Part shown: in pieces, positions 14,306-27,662 of the stretch
Numbering within the stretch: the stretch's first letter is position 1
How the letters are laid out: every line of letters begins with the position of its first letter
Source: Pecten maximus
Lineage: Eukaryota
NCBI RefSeq assembly: GCF_902652985.1
Contig: NC_047015.1
Coordinates: forward strand, 372,001 to 436,000
Direction: 5' to 3'
DNA length: 64,000 nt
Position numbers and translations under genes: made by a program
The notes under the pieces: model-generated
The model's database searches: none
Told to the model about the DNA's origin: nothing
The model's input: only the letters and a program-made list of their open reading frames with translations

Positions 14306-15106
14306 TTAAAAAAAAATCAAAAATGTGTTGATACTGAGAAAGGCCTTCAGGGTATGAACGAACAAAAGTATCCCCCTGCAGGAGGAAGTGGTATGACACA
14401 TATCATACAGAGGAAAAGCAGAAGGAGATTGACACATCACCACCTCCGATCCAAGACTTAGACAAGTGGAATAAAACCCAGAGAGACGAAGAACACGGAG
14501 AGACACACATTGCGTGTTAAACCAGTAACCTATGATAGCACGGGCTCTTGGAAGGATTTCAAGTCACATTTTGATACCTGTGCGCGAATCAACATATTGA
14601 GTATTGAAGAAAGGGGCATGCACCTCGCTGTTTGTTTACGCGGACAAACACATGGAGTTCTAGGAGATTACCAATCAACATTATGCAACTCTAGTTGCTT
14701 CCTTAGAAGAGAGATTCACTCCGACAAATCAAACTGACATGTACAGAGTACAGCTCAGGGAAAGTCGACAGAAAGCACCACAATCGCTCCCAGAAATGGG
14801 TCAGGCAATAAGAAGACTGGCGATTTTGGTTTACCATACATATCCCCAATAATTGCAAGACACATTAGCATTGAAACAGTTTATCGATGCATTATTTGAC
14901 TCTGAGGTACGCATTCGGATAAAAGAGTCGCCACCAGCCTCGTTGAATGATGCAATACGCCTTGGTGTAGAACTGGAGGCCTTCAGTAAGGCTGAGCAGC
15001 GGCGTAAGGAAGGGCACGGACACTTGAGAGTAGCAAGTGCGACGGACAATCAACATGAGGCCCAAGAACGTGCCAGTGACGAAATGGTTACAGCTATAGA
15101 GGCTAT

Positions 15107-15961
15107 TGTAACGCAGTTGCGTTCCGCTCGCTTGTTTTTGGACTCATTCCGGAAAATTGTAACATCCGGTTACGTAAGATACCCGTGCTGCTGTGGGGTC
15201 AATCACTTTTCGTCCGGGTGTCAGCAGGGTAAGTTGTGTTGACTTTTAATCTGTGAAATTATTTAGATAACCGTCGCCCATCCTTTCCTAAATGTCATAT
15301 CAGTTTGTCTGCTGGATATTATTTGCCACTATCGTACATGTATTTTCTTTTTCATATGTATTATTTTGATGTATTTTCGATGTATAGAACTTTGGTTACT
15401 TTGAGTCTCGTGTGCCGGTGTCATGTCGGAAGTCAGGTTGTTGCTTGAAGGAATTATTCCGTTTTAAGAGCACTCGCGGAGTGGCTAGTGAATATTTCCG
15501 CCTCTCGGGCTGTTTCTATACCGGTAAGGCGAGGGATGGTTGTTGGAAACCTCGTAAGTAGATACGGGAAAAAAGACGGGTGGTTAGCAAATGTATTCTG
15601 ACCTGACATACCACGTGCTAGAGACTCGGGGTAGAACAGATTTATTTCATATATATTTTCAGTTCTGATTAAACGATGGTTTGCATATGATTTAGGCTAG
15701 ATGTTTATTTCTGTAAAACCCTCACTGTGCCTCGCGGGTATTATTTTGGTATTTTGTTATTTTTACAAATGTTAACAAATTGTTGAATTTTATATGACGA
15801 GTCTATTTTCCTTGTCACCAGTTTACTAAAAATCGTATAATGCTTGATAATTTATTGGTATTTGGAATCTGCAAGCGAAAGCGGCAGTCGAACCCTGGGC
15901 AAAACCTTGGTAGCAGTCCGACACACGTAGCGCCCCTATGGTACACGTACTGCGCGTTACA
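15107..15961. mobile_element. Solo LTR inserted into gag
   Basis: TGTAACGC...GCGTTACA termini with 4-bp TSD CTAT on both sides; removing it restores the gag frame (..EAIRR..). Confidence 0.85.
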
Positions 15962-16467
15962 CTATTCGGAGAGTTTGAAGGGGGGCAGAGGAAATAGGCG
16001 CCACCAGCGAGCCAACGACATATCTCTTAGTGATATAACCTGTTACGAGTGCAAGGAATTGGGACATATGAGAAGAGACTGTCCAGCGCTGAATAGTGTC
16101 AGCGTCAAGGGACTAGCGGCAAATCGATTGATATGCGGCAGGAACGCCCACAAATGTATTTGGCGCCAGGTCGGAGCAAGTGGAAACAGACTGATACTCG
16201 GAATAGCAATTGGCCAAGCAGCAGAGGCACTCGGAATAGCAATTGGCCAAGCAGCAGAGGAAGAAACTTTGATGATGTCCCTAGGAAGCATCAGATGGGG
16301 GCACATAGACAGGCTTCAGAGTCAGGGGTCTATGTAAGTGTTCTAATCAACGGGGTTATTGGCAAGTTTCTTGTGGACACAGGAGCAACAGTGTCGCTGA
16401 TATCTGACCGAATATTTAGGGCAGTATTTAGCAAAGGTGGATGCAAAAGGAACCTGACAAAAGTGCC

Positions 16468-17765
16468 TGTTATGAAACAGACTATACCATTGTAATATAG
16501 TTTAATGAAACGGTCTATACTAGTTTACTATATGACTACGTAGAACTGTGAAACAGATTATAACGTTTATGTTAGATATAGAAGGTGTGAAATAGACTAT
16601 AGATAAAACCGCGCGAAAGTGATCGTGCAAGAGACTTCCGGCAGGGAATTGCGTATCAGTTGCGTCGTGGGCTCTGAATGGGGAACATGTGTGTGGGGTG
16701 GCTGAGAGACGTGCGGCCCTGAGATAAAGGCCATGGACCCCGATATATAAGGGGTGGTTTCGTTCTGGTTTGGTTTGGGTGGTTGGACCCCAGGAAACCC
16801 TGCAACATGCTAGACGGGTGTGTTTAGTGCTTGTTAGGCCTGATGTCCGTCGGCCTGATGTCCGTCTCCGTTGTTAGGCCTGATGTCCGTCTCCGTGGAG
16901 TGCTGAGGAGTAGTAATGGTTTGGTTGAGTGAATAATGTCTACGCTTGGACTGGGGTGCATATGTTAATGCTGGGCTGGGTACCGGTAGCTGTGACAGCG
17001 TTATGGTATTTATGTCAACTCCTGAGTATATATCGACGCTGGGCTGGATTGCTGTTAGTGTCACAATATGAGGTAGACGCTCCGTTTGTTTACACTGGGC
17101 TGGATAGCTGTGACAGTGGTGTGGTGCTACGTAAAACTCCTACCTATATATATTTGGCGCTGGGCTGGATGGCTGTTACAGCGTTGGTTTTCCTATTATA
17201 CAATTGCCGGGCTGATTGGCTGATACGGTGATGTCTGGGAACTTTCTCTTCGGGAAGGGGAGGTAACTCGTGCAACCTGTTGCACACTTGTATCCGTCGG
17301 GAAGTTGTGACGTAACGTTTGTCTATACTTGGCTGGATAGCTGCCACTATTGTTGGCTGGAACATTGCGATGTGAAGATATAAATTGTATCGAGTCCTGT
17401 GGACATTCTTAAATAAATATTCGATACTTTTGTACCTTTTTGTAGCTGTTCTGGTACATAGGTGTTAGTATTACCATAACTTGATCCGGAATGACTATCA
17501 GGATTTAGGTATTAGAATTTATGAACTGTTTATCCATAGTTTACGCATGAATAGGTGAATGCGAGGGTGGTATGTGTGATTAGGTACTAGTACTATTATA
17601 CAATACTATAAGTTCTCATCATTTATTCATCATCTGTACATGTTTCATCGTGTTATACTTTATTAAATTATTAAATTTAATAACAGTCTTTGTACTTTGT
17701 TCCTGCTGGAAGTTTCAAGTGACTTTGATGAAAAGTGAATCTTAACATTGCTACATGGCATAATA
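16468..17765. mobile_element. LTR-like insertion splitting the Gypsy protease
   Basis: Starts TGTTATG and ends CATAAtA; protease sequence resumes afterwards; no clean TSD found. Confidence 0.5.
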
Positions 17766-18969
17766 TTGGCGAATGGTGATCCACTGGTTGTCAGTCAAAT
17801 GAACCTGTCAATGATAATCAACTGTGCACCGGGAATATGGTAGTCGCCAGACTGTCCTTCGACGGGGTCCTGGGACTAAATCTCATTGACGTTGAAAGCA
17901 GAAAGTAGATGTACTCGCTGAGGGAAGATTTGGACTTTACAACCGGGTCACTGTTACAGACGTCGTGACCATTTCGCCGGTGAGACCTTACGTCTGCGGA
18001 GTTTGCCGCCACCTCCGCCAGTAAGCTGAAGCGCCATATAGAGAGGAATCATAGCACTGAGAAGAGTGGGTCATTTGCATCAAGGTGCAATATAGTCCTT
18101 GACAAAGACGATATAGAGGAATACTCTGTTGGATTGGTACCATATCAGCCAATCAGCAACAATCCTACAGGTAGGAAACCCACACATACGTGCCATGTGG
18201 TTAGAGTAAAGCAGGCGACACAGCAGATGAGACCCAGGGAATCGGAAAATGGTGTCGCACACCGCCTTCCACAAGTTTACAAGCTTGTCGAGATTTATAT
18301 GATGGAAGTAGCATTGACTCAGACACTGAACCTCTGACTGTCTATCGTGGGCACCACCGACGGCCACCTCGCTGGATGAACAACTGTGCATGTGTTGCCA
18401 GAGAAACACTTATCTAGTGTGATTGTAAATCTTGCGATATCAAGAGTCGTTACCGGCAGACAACTAGGATGTAACTGTACAATCCAACAGAAGCAAGTTG
18501 TGGGGAAAACGACTAGGAATGCAAATGCCTCTCTGGATACATGGATCGATGGAGGAGTCTTACTTTAGAATTAGATAGCAATCGTAGATTATATCATGCG
18601 TGATGCATGACTTTAAGGATGGGGTCATGTAATGAAAGTTGGTTTTCTGTTATCTCCCTTTTACATACATTTGTTAAGCTGTTTTATCGCATTGGTTAAC
18701 AGATGGTTACTAATTAACAGTTGGTTTCTTTAAATCAGAAATGATTCCTAATTATACTGTTATTGATAAGTTTACCATGTAAAATGTCTGTATATACAGA
18801 TGATACTCGGTTTTAGAGCAAAATGTGTAATATGCAAATGTACGGTACTGCTGGCTCGCCGAATAGCCTGACACATAAATAGCTAGCAAAGAACTGCTTG
18901 TGAAATAGTGTCCTAGGCTCGGTTATAACCGGAACAAGGACGTTAGGCCCATCAATCAATCAATCAAGA

Positions 18970-19034
18970 TTGTGGAATATCTCCGCTGTAGCCGGTCCCA
19001 AGCCCGCGTTGAGAAAGGAGGAGGGGATCACCAA
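18970..19034 (+). ncRNA. Twister-ribozyme-like motif (type P1), possibly decayed
   Basis: TAT CTCC GC TGTA GCCGG TCCCAAGC CCG..GAAA GGAG GAGGG follows the twister core order (P2 CTCC/GGAG, loop UCCCAAGC, GAGGG); the conserved UAA is UAU and P1 is weak. Confidence 0.6.
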
Positions 19035-19099
19035 CTGACAATATCTAACAGTCGACCAGGACTAATATTACTAACCTAAAGTCGCGAGTAGAGGTTATA

Positions 19100-22000
19100 A
19101 CCTAAATCGAGACTTTAAACCTGCAACAACAAAAAGCTTGTGGAATAAAAAAGGATGTGTCTCATATGTTGTTTCTGAGGATTTAATATAGACTTAGTAT
19201 CAAATGTGATGTTATCTAGTTTTTCTACACTCGAATAGGATGTGTTCTATTGTTTCTGGTTCACCACAGTTTATACAATAGGGACTGACTTCTTTCTTGA
19301 TTCTATTGATGTAATGACCAAGTTTGGCGTAATTTTATCTATGTCTAGTTATTACAATATCCTGTTTTATTATTACTATATAACTGAGTTTTGATCTTTA
19401 CACTATCCTCGATGATTCTGAGCCAGTTATTAGTTAATTGCGACCAACTATCCTGCCATATCGTTTGGATTTATCATTGATTATACTAACGACCTCTGTG
19501 ACACTCAAGTCTATGTTTAGATGGATGACATTTGACCCTAGGGCTTCTTTAGCTAACTGATCTGCTATCTCATTACCTGGTATGTCTACATGCGATGGTA
19601 TCCATTCAAATTTAAGATGTATGCCGAATTAATCAATTTCGAATATCATATAATGGATTGCATTAAGTAGTTAGGCCTACTGCTGTTACCGGTTATCAGA
19701 GATTGTAATGAGCTAAGGGAATCTGAAAAAAATTACAGCTCTATCAAATTTGGTGTGATTTTTCTTTTCACCTATCAAAGTAATTTGAATAGTCATAGCT
19801 CTGCTGTATAGACCGATGCTCTATCACTTAACCGTAATGACTTTTTGACATTGTATGTATTGTTATATATTCTTAAACCTACACGGTCGTTAGAGCCGTC
19901 AGTATAGAATTTAGTAAAGTTTTTGCATTTTAGGTCGATCAGTTCTAATGCTAGGTTTTTAGCGTTTTGTTTATCTATCATCTTTAGGAGGTCTAGCGAT
20001 ACATTAGGGTCTGTTTTTAACCACGGGACTTGGAAATCTTGTTTACGGGATATCTTAACACTATCTAAACCATACTTCTGTTTAAGTCTAAGTATTTCCT
20101 ATGGATAGGTTCATCATTTTTTAATTTCTTTATTTAGAAGAAACCTATCGGCATGACTGTGTGTCCTAGTCCAGTATTTTAATGTAAGATGTTCTCGCCT
20201 GAGAGTTAAGGGGAGTTCACCTGCCTCTGCTAATAAACTATGAATGCTGGTGTTTTTAATTGCCTTTAGTGCTACTCTTAAGGCTGAATGTTGAATTACA
20301 TCTAGGTGTTTTAATACTGTGTCGCTAGCTGTATTATATACGTGACACCCATAATCTAGCCTAGATCTAATAATTGGGTTGTTTTATTGGCGCCAAATTT
20401 ACATCCTGAAATATACCTCATGGTGTTTATTGTCTTTTGGCATGACTCTTTTACGTATTGAATATGTCAACTCTGGATATGTTTGGTTAAATATCTAATG
20501 TTTTTGCCTGTTCTCCAAATACATCCGTCATCTGCATATTGCGGTAACTTAATGTAGGGGAAATTACGCTACCTTGTGCTACACCGTTCTCTTGTTCATA
20601 TTGGTCTGATAACGCGTCATGAATTCTAACCTGGATCTTACGGTGTTTTCAAGAAGCTACTTAGGAATTTAAATATGTTACCAGTGATATTTGAGTGATA
20701 CTTAAAGACCATCATGCCAAATACGATAACATGCTTTCTCTAGATCTAAGAAGACAGCTAGTGTGCTTTGTTTTAGGTTTAAACCTTTTTTTTAATATCT
20801 GAGGTGAGACTAAGAAGGGGGTCTAGCGCACAGGCGCTTGCATAGAAAATGATAATTAAAAAAAATGATATCGGTGGTATGTGTACTGTGTAAAAGTGAA
20901 GGCCGGGAACTTCGTCACGAGCGAAACGGCACCCCATCTCACTTCAATCGACTAAAAACACATTTGTTCAAACTGACATGGCGCTTACTATATACTACCG
21001 TCATCTAAAAACATTCATATTTAACCTACCGTGTCACTCAATACGAATTGTTACATCCAAAATACAACAATCCGTGAAAACATCGCCGAATTCCTCGCTC
21101 AGAACGCCATTTTTCAAACTGCTCCCTCAGCCTGTCCAGATTCCTTATTTACATACGGGGTTAAAAGTTCATGTGTTTTTATAATCGTCTTTTGTTAGGT
21201 CACTTTCTGGGGTCATCTCCGCATGAATTTTGTCCGGGAAACGCTTCAGCTCGTTGATAAGTTTCGTCTACTTAATTGAAGATTAATTGAAGAATTTCGT
21301 CGAATGAACGATGATTTATAATCATAAATTATTTATTATTTTGACCGTGAGAGTACCGTGCACCGAATATGACAGTACACACGAAAAGCAAACGAAGTAA
21401 AGAATGCCTATTCTGCAATCACACTCACGTAGTAGGCCTAGACATTTCATACTTGAAAATTAAAAAAAAACATAAAAGATAAAAGGGAAATGGATTAGCA
21501 TACCTTTGTCACAAAGATAGAACAAAATGCTTATTTATAGATTTACTTTTGTCAGTTTACTGAAATCTGGACGAACAAAAAAAAGTTTATCACGAATAAG
21601 ACTGTCACCAGGTTATTGGACGTATACATGTGCACCAACATTGCTTACTTCAGACCTGTTTATTTATTTCCACAAATTTTACACATATCTAGACATGTCG
21701 TCGTCAAATACGAAGATCATACTTCAGACCTGCCAAACGAGTTGTACGCTATGTGATCAGTGATCCACCATCAATTTATTTTCATGAGTACATACAAGAC
21801 TCGGGACTTGCATATAGATTGATCACTGTGTGATTATCGAAATATTGAGGATGCGTTTCATTTTATTTTGAACCCTTTTTATTCAAATGTTTGAAACCGT
21901 ATTATTTGCTTACTTGATTTCGATTTTCATAAACTTGATATAATTTTGCCGATTAAAGAGTTTCACGCATTGTAAAGTATTCTTCGTAACACTGATTATC

Positions 22001-24560
22001 TATGTAATTCCACTTTACATCGCATATATAATATGTAAGTTACTGATGATTTACCTGATTACGTGTAATTGAGTATGTAAGCATCCAACGCTACTCTAAT
22101 AATAATTAAGCTGGCTAAAGGGCTTACAGAATAAAAAAACTGAATTGAAAAGAGAAAGAAAAGAGAATACTTTAGGGGTATTTCTAGTATTACTTTGTGT
22201 CAACGCCAGAATTTTAAAGTATTTAGGGCTACCGCCAGAACGCCCCCCCCCCCCCCCCCCGAAAAAAGGCGCCACACTTAAACGATAGAGGTCAAATATC
22301 ATTAGATAAAAAGGAAAACAATCTCTCATAGCAAATGTAATGATGAACCGACGGTTGCAAACTTTGCAAACTACTGATTTCAAAACTACGGTCAATATTC
22401 AGCAAGGCCTAGAAAATTAAACCTCTCAGTCCTACCGGTATTGTGTGTGGTCTATATATTTTTAACTAGTCATGTAGTGGTCCATTTTTTTAATTGAAGA
22501 TAGGCATAACCCTAAATAGATGGCAAGTTCAATTTGAAAACAAAATATCAAACAACTATCAGCTAATTACCCCATCCAAATTTAAACAACATCGAATATT
22601 TCCAACCGATACTGCTAGTTCATGCCCCGGCCCTGTCTTGAACAAGTTATTGAGCACCGTTACATAATCTTTAGATTTCAAAACGAAGTTTTAACAACTA
22701 CTGAAATGATGCAGTTGAAGAAAAGGAAAGGACGATCTCATCACTTGCATTAAAACATGCTATTTAATTAGTCCATGATCTCACAAACGACGTCCTTTAT
22801 ATGCACCTGTAAAATAAAGTATGCCGAGATGAGCCCAAAAAGTGACCTGGTGACAGCCGATTATATAAACGCATGACATTTCAACCCCGTATGTAAATGA
22901 GGAATCGGGACAGGCTGAGGGAGCAGTTTGAAAAATGGTGTTTTCGTTGGAGGAATGCGGCGATGTTTTCACAGATTATTGTGTTTTGGATGTAACAATT
23001 CGTATTGAGTGACACGGTAGGTTAAAGATGAATGTTTCTAGATGACGGTAGTATATAGTATGCGCCGTGTCAGTTTGAATAAATGTGTTTTTTAGTCGAT
23101 TGAAGTGTGGTGGTGTGCCTTTTCGCTCGTGGCGGAGTTGCCAACCTTGTACTTACAGAGTACACATACCATTGTCATATATATACATACTGTATATAAA
23201 AAATTGAAAATCACATTTTCTATGCAAGCGCCTGTGGTCTAGCGTAGATCTGCCTACTAGCTTGTTATTTACCAGAGTTTCGATAACTTCACAGAGATGT
23301 TAATGTTATGGGCCTTTATGATGCAGGTTCCTACATATTTTTATCTGGTTTAGTATAGGTATAACTACGGCTTTTTTCCACGCTTCATGTATAGTTCCCG
23401 TATATGGTTTATTACTTCTGTGATGTTGTTTGTACAGTGTTTGAGGATGGTGTATGAAATGTTGTCATCTCCAGGCGATGTGTTTTTCTTGTTCTGAAGT
23501 GCCTGTTTATATTCTGTGATTGACAATGGGCAGTTCAGCTCACCTGTATTGTGGCCTGGGTCACTTATTACGCCATCTTTGTTACCCTGACTGTTAGCTT
23601 TATTTAATTAAATTCAGGGGTTAGATTGTCATTACTACTAGCGTTCTGATATCATTTAGCTATAGTATCAACCTTTTCCTTATCAGTGATGTTGTTTTCA
23701 CCTAAAATGGGGATTTCTGATCTATTTATTCCCTGAATGGCTTTGACCTTCGACCATACGTTTTTGAGATTTGTTTTATTATTGATGATGAGCAAAACTC
23801 TTCCCAATGATTTTGTTTGGCGTTTTGGATAATGTTGTTGAAATTTGTTTTGCATCTGACGTAATCTGCTTTTAGCGTTCCGTTATTTTTGTTTGCCCTC
23901 CATTTACTTTCGCTGTTCTTTTTTACTTTCTTTTCTAACCTACACTCATCATTCCACCACGGATTCCTAGTTTTGACTTTCGTGGTGTTTTAGGAATACA
24001 CACTGATTCTAGGTCTAAAATTGTTCTTGTTATGTTAGCGTTAAACATATCTACATTTTCGTCATAACTTTCATCAATTGGGATGTTTTCAATTAATAGA
24101 TTAAATTGATTCCAATTTGCTTTAATGAAAACCCATCTAGGGGGGTATTGAATAGTGTTAATATGGGGCTTAAAGTCAAATTGAGCCAAAACTGGGTAAT
24201 GGTCTGAACCTAGAGTGCTATCAAGGGTATTCCAGTAGCTACATTTACTCGCTGAATTGGGTGTTGCTGGTGTGATATCTAGATGAGATTCGATACCTCG
24301 AGCTATGTCTACTCTAGTTGGTTTACCCTCGTTTAGTATGGTTAGACCAGTTTGAACTGCCCATTCGTATATAGTGTCTCCCCGGTTGTTGTTTTTGTTG
24401 CTCCATCAAAGTGTATGATGTCCATTTAAATCTCCGGTAACTATGATGTTGTTCTTGTCTATATTTTTCATGAGATTAACCAGATAGTTAATTGATGTTG
24501 AGAGGTATGAGTTGAGTATGATTGTTTTGTGTGACTTGTTGTGTAATTATATACCAAGAG
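19100..24560 (-). mobile_element. Degenerate I/Nimb-type LINE ORF2 (APE, RT, RNase H, C-terminal zinc motif)
   Basis: IVTGDLNGHH, LGSDHYPV, PRWVFIKANW, SPGDD, GRSTLDPL, AVFLDLEKA, FYTDGSN, SVYTAEL, FEWIPSHVDIPGNEIADQLAK, CINCGEPETIEHILFEC. Confidence 0.88.
20829..23236. mobile_element. Non-autonomous DNA transposon (hAT- or P-like) with ~400-bp imperfect TIRs, inserted in the LINE RT
   Basis: Termini cacaggcgcttgcatagaaaatg / cattttctatgcaagcgcctgtg; 8-bp TSD GTCTAGCG at 20821-20828 and 23237-23244; excision restores GRSTLDPL. Confidence 0.92.

Positions 24561-24561
<1 letters not shown>

Positions 24562-24596
<35 letters not shown>
24562..24596. repeat. (CA)n microsatellite
   Basis: Direct reading. 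Confidence 0.95.
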
Positions 24597-24598
<2 letters not shown>

Positions 24599-25389
24599 TA
24601 TAGCCAATTCCGCATTTTACATCAATGGCCAAATCTTGGTCCGAATCGTACCTTAAAGGAGTGTTGTAACTATTGATTTTTTTTATGTTTTTGTTTCAGT
24701 TGTGTTTCCTGAATACAAAGAACAGCTGGAGAATTGTCGTTGAGGAAAGATTTTAGCTCAGAAATGTTGGGCCTAAGACCTCTTGCATTCCAATGCATAG
24801 TATTGAGGCCGGACTAGTCATTTAGAACTTTATTGAAAGTAAATGGCTGTTACAGGTGTTTTTGTATCTTTATGGCTTTTAATATTTTCTGTAATGTAGT
24901 TTTCATTTGCTGTGTCCTGTTCTTGTTTGTGTGTATGTTTGTTTTGCCCTAGATCCAGTGTTGGGCCGTGTAGGTGTTTGTTGTTTGTTTGTAGAGGTCT
25001 TGTTTGTTTATGCAACACACAACACCACTTAAATAACAACATATATACATAACCACAACTCTAAGAAAAAAATGAATTAGCATACAAAGGTAGTTAGTTT
25101 GCTGAAATGTAGACAGAAAGAAAGAAAAGTACTTGATCTGACTCTGACTACTTTCAATCTTATTTTATTTGTAAGAGTGTTATGCTTGTCATTTGTTAAT
25201 TCAAGAGACAATTCGTGAAATAGGTTTCTTAGACCCCACAATGGTATTTTATATCGTTTCACCTTATAAATGTATCATTAAGAAAAGTTTCGGATGTCGA
25301 ACTTTCACCACTATTTCTGTACATGTAGTTTGATCGATTATTCAATTCATACATTCTGTCGTAAAGCAACCCAGTTAATTATTTAAGAG

Positions 25390-26612
25390 ACAACAGACAT
25401 ACCAAGACACCTTACCGGTTGAAAGGGATCAAAGACCTTCCAAAACATTACCGGTGAGAGAAATCCGGAAAGACGCTCGCCCGCCCGCTCGCACGCCAGA
25501 TGGGAAAGCCTCCGGACAAACTCACATACATTACCAGTTGAAAGAGATCCCAAACATACACACATACATTCCCAGTTGAGAGAGACCGGACATACCAACA
25601 CACACAATCGTCTGAGAGAGACTCGTGCATACTGACACATTCCCAGTTGAGAGAGACCCAGACATACACATTAAAAGTTAAGAGAGATCCAGACATACCA
25701 ACACACATTACCGGCTGAGAGAGACCCTAACATACCAACACATTAAAAGTTATGATAGCCTTCAGACATACCAACACACATTACCGGTTGAGAGAGATCC
25801 AGACATACCAACACACATTACCTGTTGAGAGAGACACAGACATACCAACACACATTACCGGTTGAGAGAGATCCAGACATACCAACACACATTACCTGTT
25901 GAGAGAGACACAGACATACCAACACACATTACCGGTTGAGAGAGATCCAGACATACCAACACACATTACCTGTTGAGAGAGACACAGACATACCAACGCA
26001 CATTACCGGTTGAGAGAAACACAGACATACCAACACACATCACCGGTAGAGAGAGACACACAGACATACCAACACACATTATCAGTTGAGAGAAATCCGG
26101 ACATACCAACATATATTATTGGTTGAGAGAGATCCAGATATACCAACACACATTACCCAGACATATGTATACGCATAACCGGCTGAGAGAGACCCAGACA
26201 ACCGATTGAGAGAGACCCAAATATACAAACACACATTACCCAGACATACTTATACACATTACCGGTTGAGAGACCCAGACAACCGCTTGAGAGAGACCCA
26301 AATATACAAACACACATTACCGGTTGACAGAGGCCCAGACATTCCAACACACATTATCAGTTGAGAGAATTACGGACATAACAACATATATTATTGGTTG
26401 AGAGAGGCCCAGATATACCAACACACATTACCGGTTGTGAGGGAACCGAACATTACTATTAACACGTGCTGAGCTTCACTCCAAAACTACATCAGTTATT
26501 TTGAGAGAGATCCAGATATACCAACACACATTACCGGTTGAGAGAGGCCCAGACATTCCAACACACATTACCGGTTGAGAGACACAGACATACCAACACA
26601 CATTACCGGTTG
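25390..26612. repeat. 37-bp minisatellite
   Basis: Unit ttaccggttgagagagatccagacataccaacacaca; degenerates towards the left. Confidence 0.9.
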
Positions 26613-27007
26613 TGAGGGAACCGAACATTACTATTAACACGTGTTGAGCTTCACTCCAAAACTACATCAGTTACTGTTAATACGCCAAACATCACGACAG
26701 ACAAAGTAATGATGGTGCAAAATTTATTTCTTTAAAACAATGTCTCCGTGTCACTGTAAACATGGTCAGGAAAAGTTACACAAGGTGAAATGCAGAACAA
26801 ACAACAAGAGGTTAAACAATTTCCTATCTCTATAAAAAGTGTAAAGGCTGTAAAATAAAATAGGTCATAACAATTGGCATTATACTTTTTAAACAAGAGT
26901 CGAACAAACTTCTGATCATCTCGATACAAAAAAACCTTATATTTGTATAAGTTTACCATATTGTTATTAGGACCAGTATTTCATGACTTGTTTCGGATGA
27001 TTAAATC

Positions 27008-27168
27008 TGATGGACCGTCACCGAGTCAAGTACAGTAATCAGATGGACTGTCACTGTGTCCAGTACAGTAACCAGATGGACTGTCACTGTGTCCAGTACA
27101 GTAACCAGATGGACTGTTACCGTGTCCAGTACAGTAATCAGATGGACTGTCACCGTGTCCAGTACAGT
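27008..27168. repeat. 33-bp tandem repeat (~5 copies)
   Basis: gatggactgtcactgtgtccagtacagtaacca units. Confidence 0.9.
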
Positions 27169-27219
27169 ATATTTCACAAAACCCTCAAATTGTTAAGACA
27201 AAAGATCTACCAGGCTATT

Positions 27220-27662
27220 GTCTAACCCTCAGATTGTGATAAAAGGATCGGTCAGCCAGCTGTCTAACACTGACATTGTAATGACAGAAGATCGGTCAGC
27301 CACCTCTCTAACACTGACATTGTGATGACAGAAGATCGGTCAGCCAGCTGTCTAACACTGACATTGTGATGACAGAAGATCGGTCAGCCAGCTGTCTAAC
27401 ACTGACATTGTGATGACAGAAGATCGGTCAGCTAGATATCTAACACTGACATTGTGATGACAGAAGATCGGTCAGCCAGCTGTCTAACACTGACATTGTG
27501 ATGACAGAAGATCGGTCAGCTAGATATCTAACACTGACATTGTGATGACAGAAGATCGGTCAGCCAGCTGTCTAACACTGACATTGTGATGACAGAAGAT
27601 CGGTCAGCTAGATATCTAACACTGACATTGTGATGACAGAAGATCGGCCAGCCAGCTGTCTA
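27220..27662. repeat. 44-bp tandem repeat (~10 copies)
   Basis: tctaacactgacattgtgatgacagaagatcggtcagccagctg units, with two variants alternating in the right half. Confidence 0.92.

Larger units (their letters stand above)
14480..18627 (+). mobile_element. Degenerate Gypsy gag-protease(-pol) region interrupted by LTR-like insertions
   Basis: VKPVTYDSTGSWKDFKSHF, ALKQFIDAL, zinc knuckle CYECKELGHMRRDCP, protease FLVDTGATVSLIS and ILANGDPL; PPT-like aaggatgggg followed by TGTAATG at 18628. Confidence 0.8.

Noticed and set aside
16836-16892. Hammerhead ribozyme from triple ggcctgatgtccgtc
   Set aside because: Lacks the CUGANGA and GAAA core arrangement; a short direct repeat within an LTR-like insertion.
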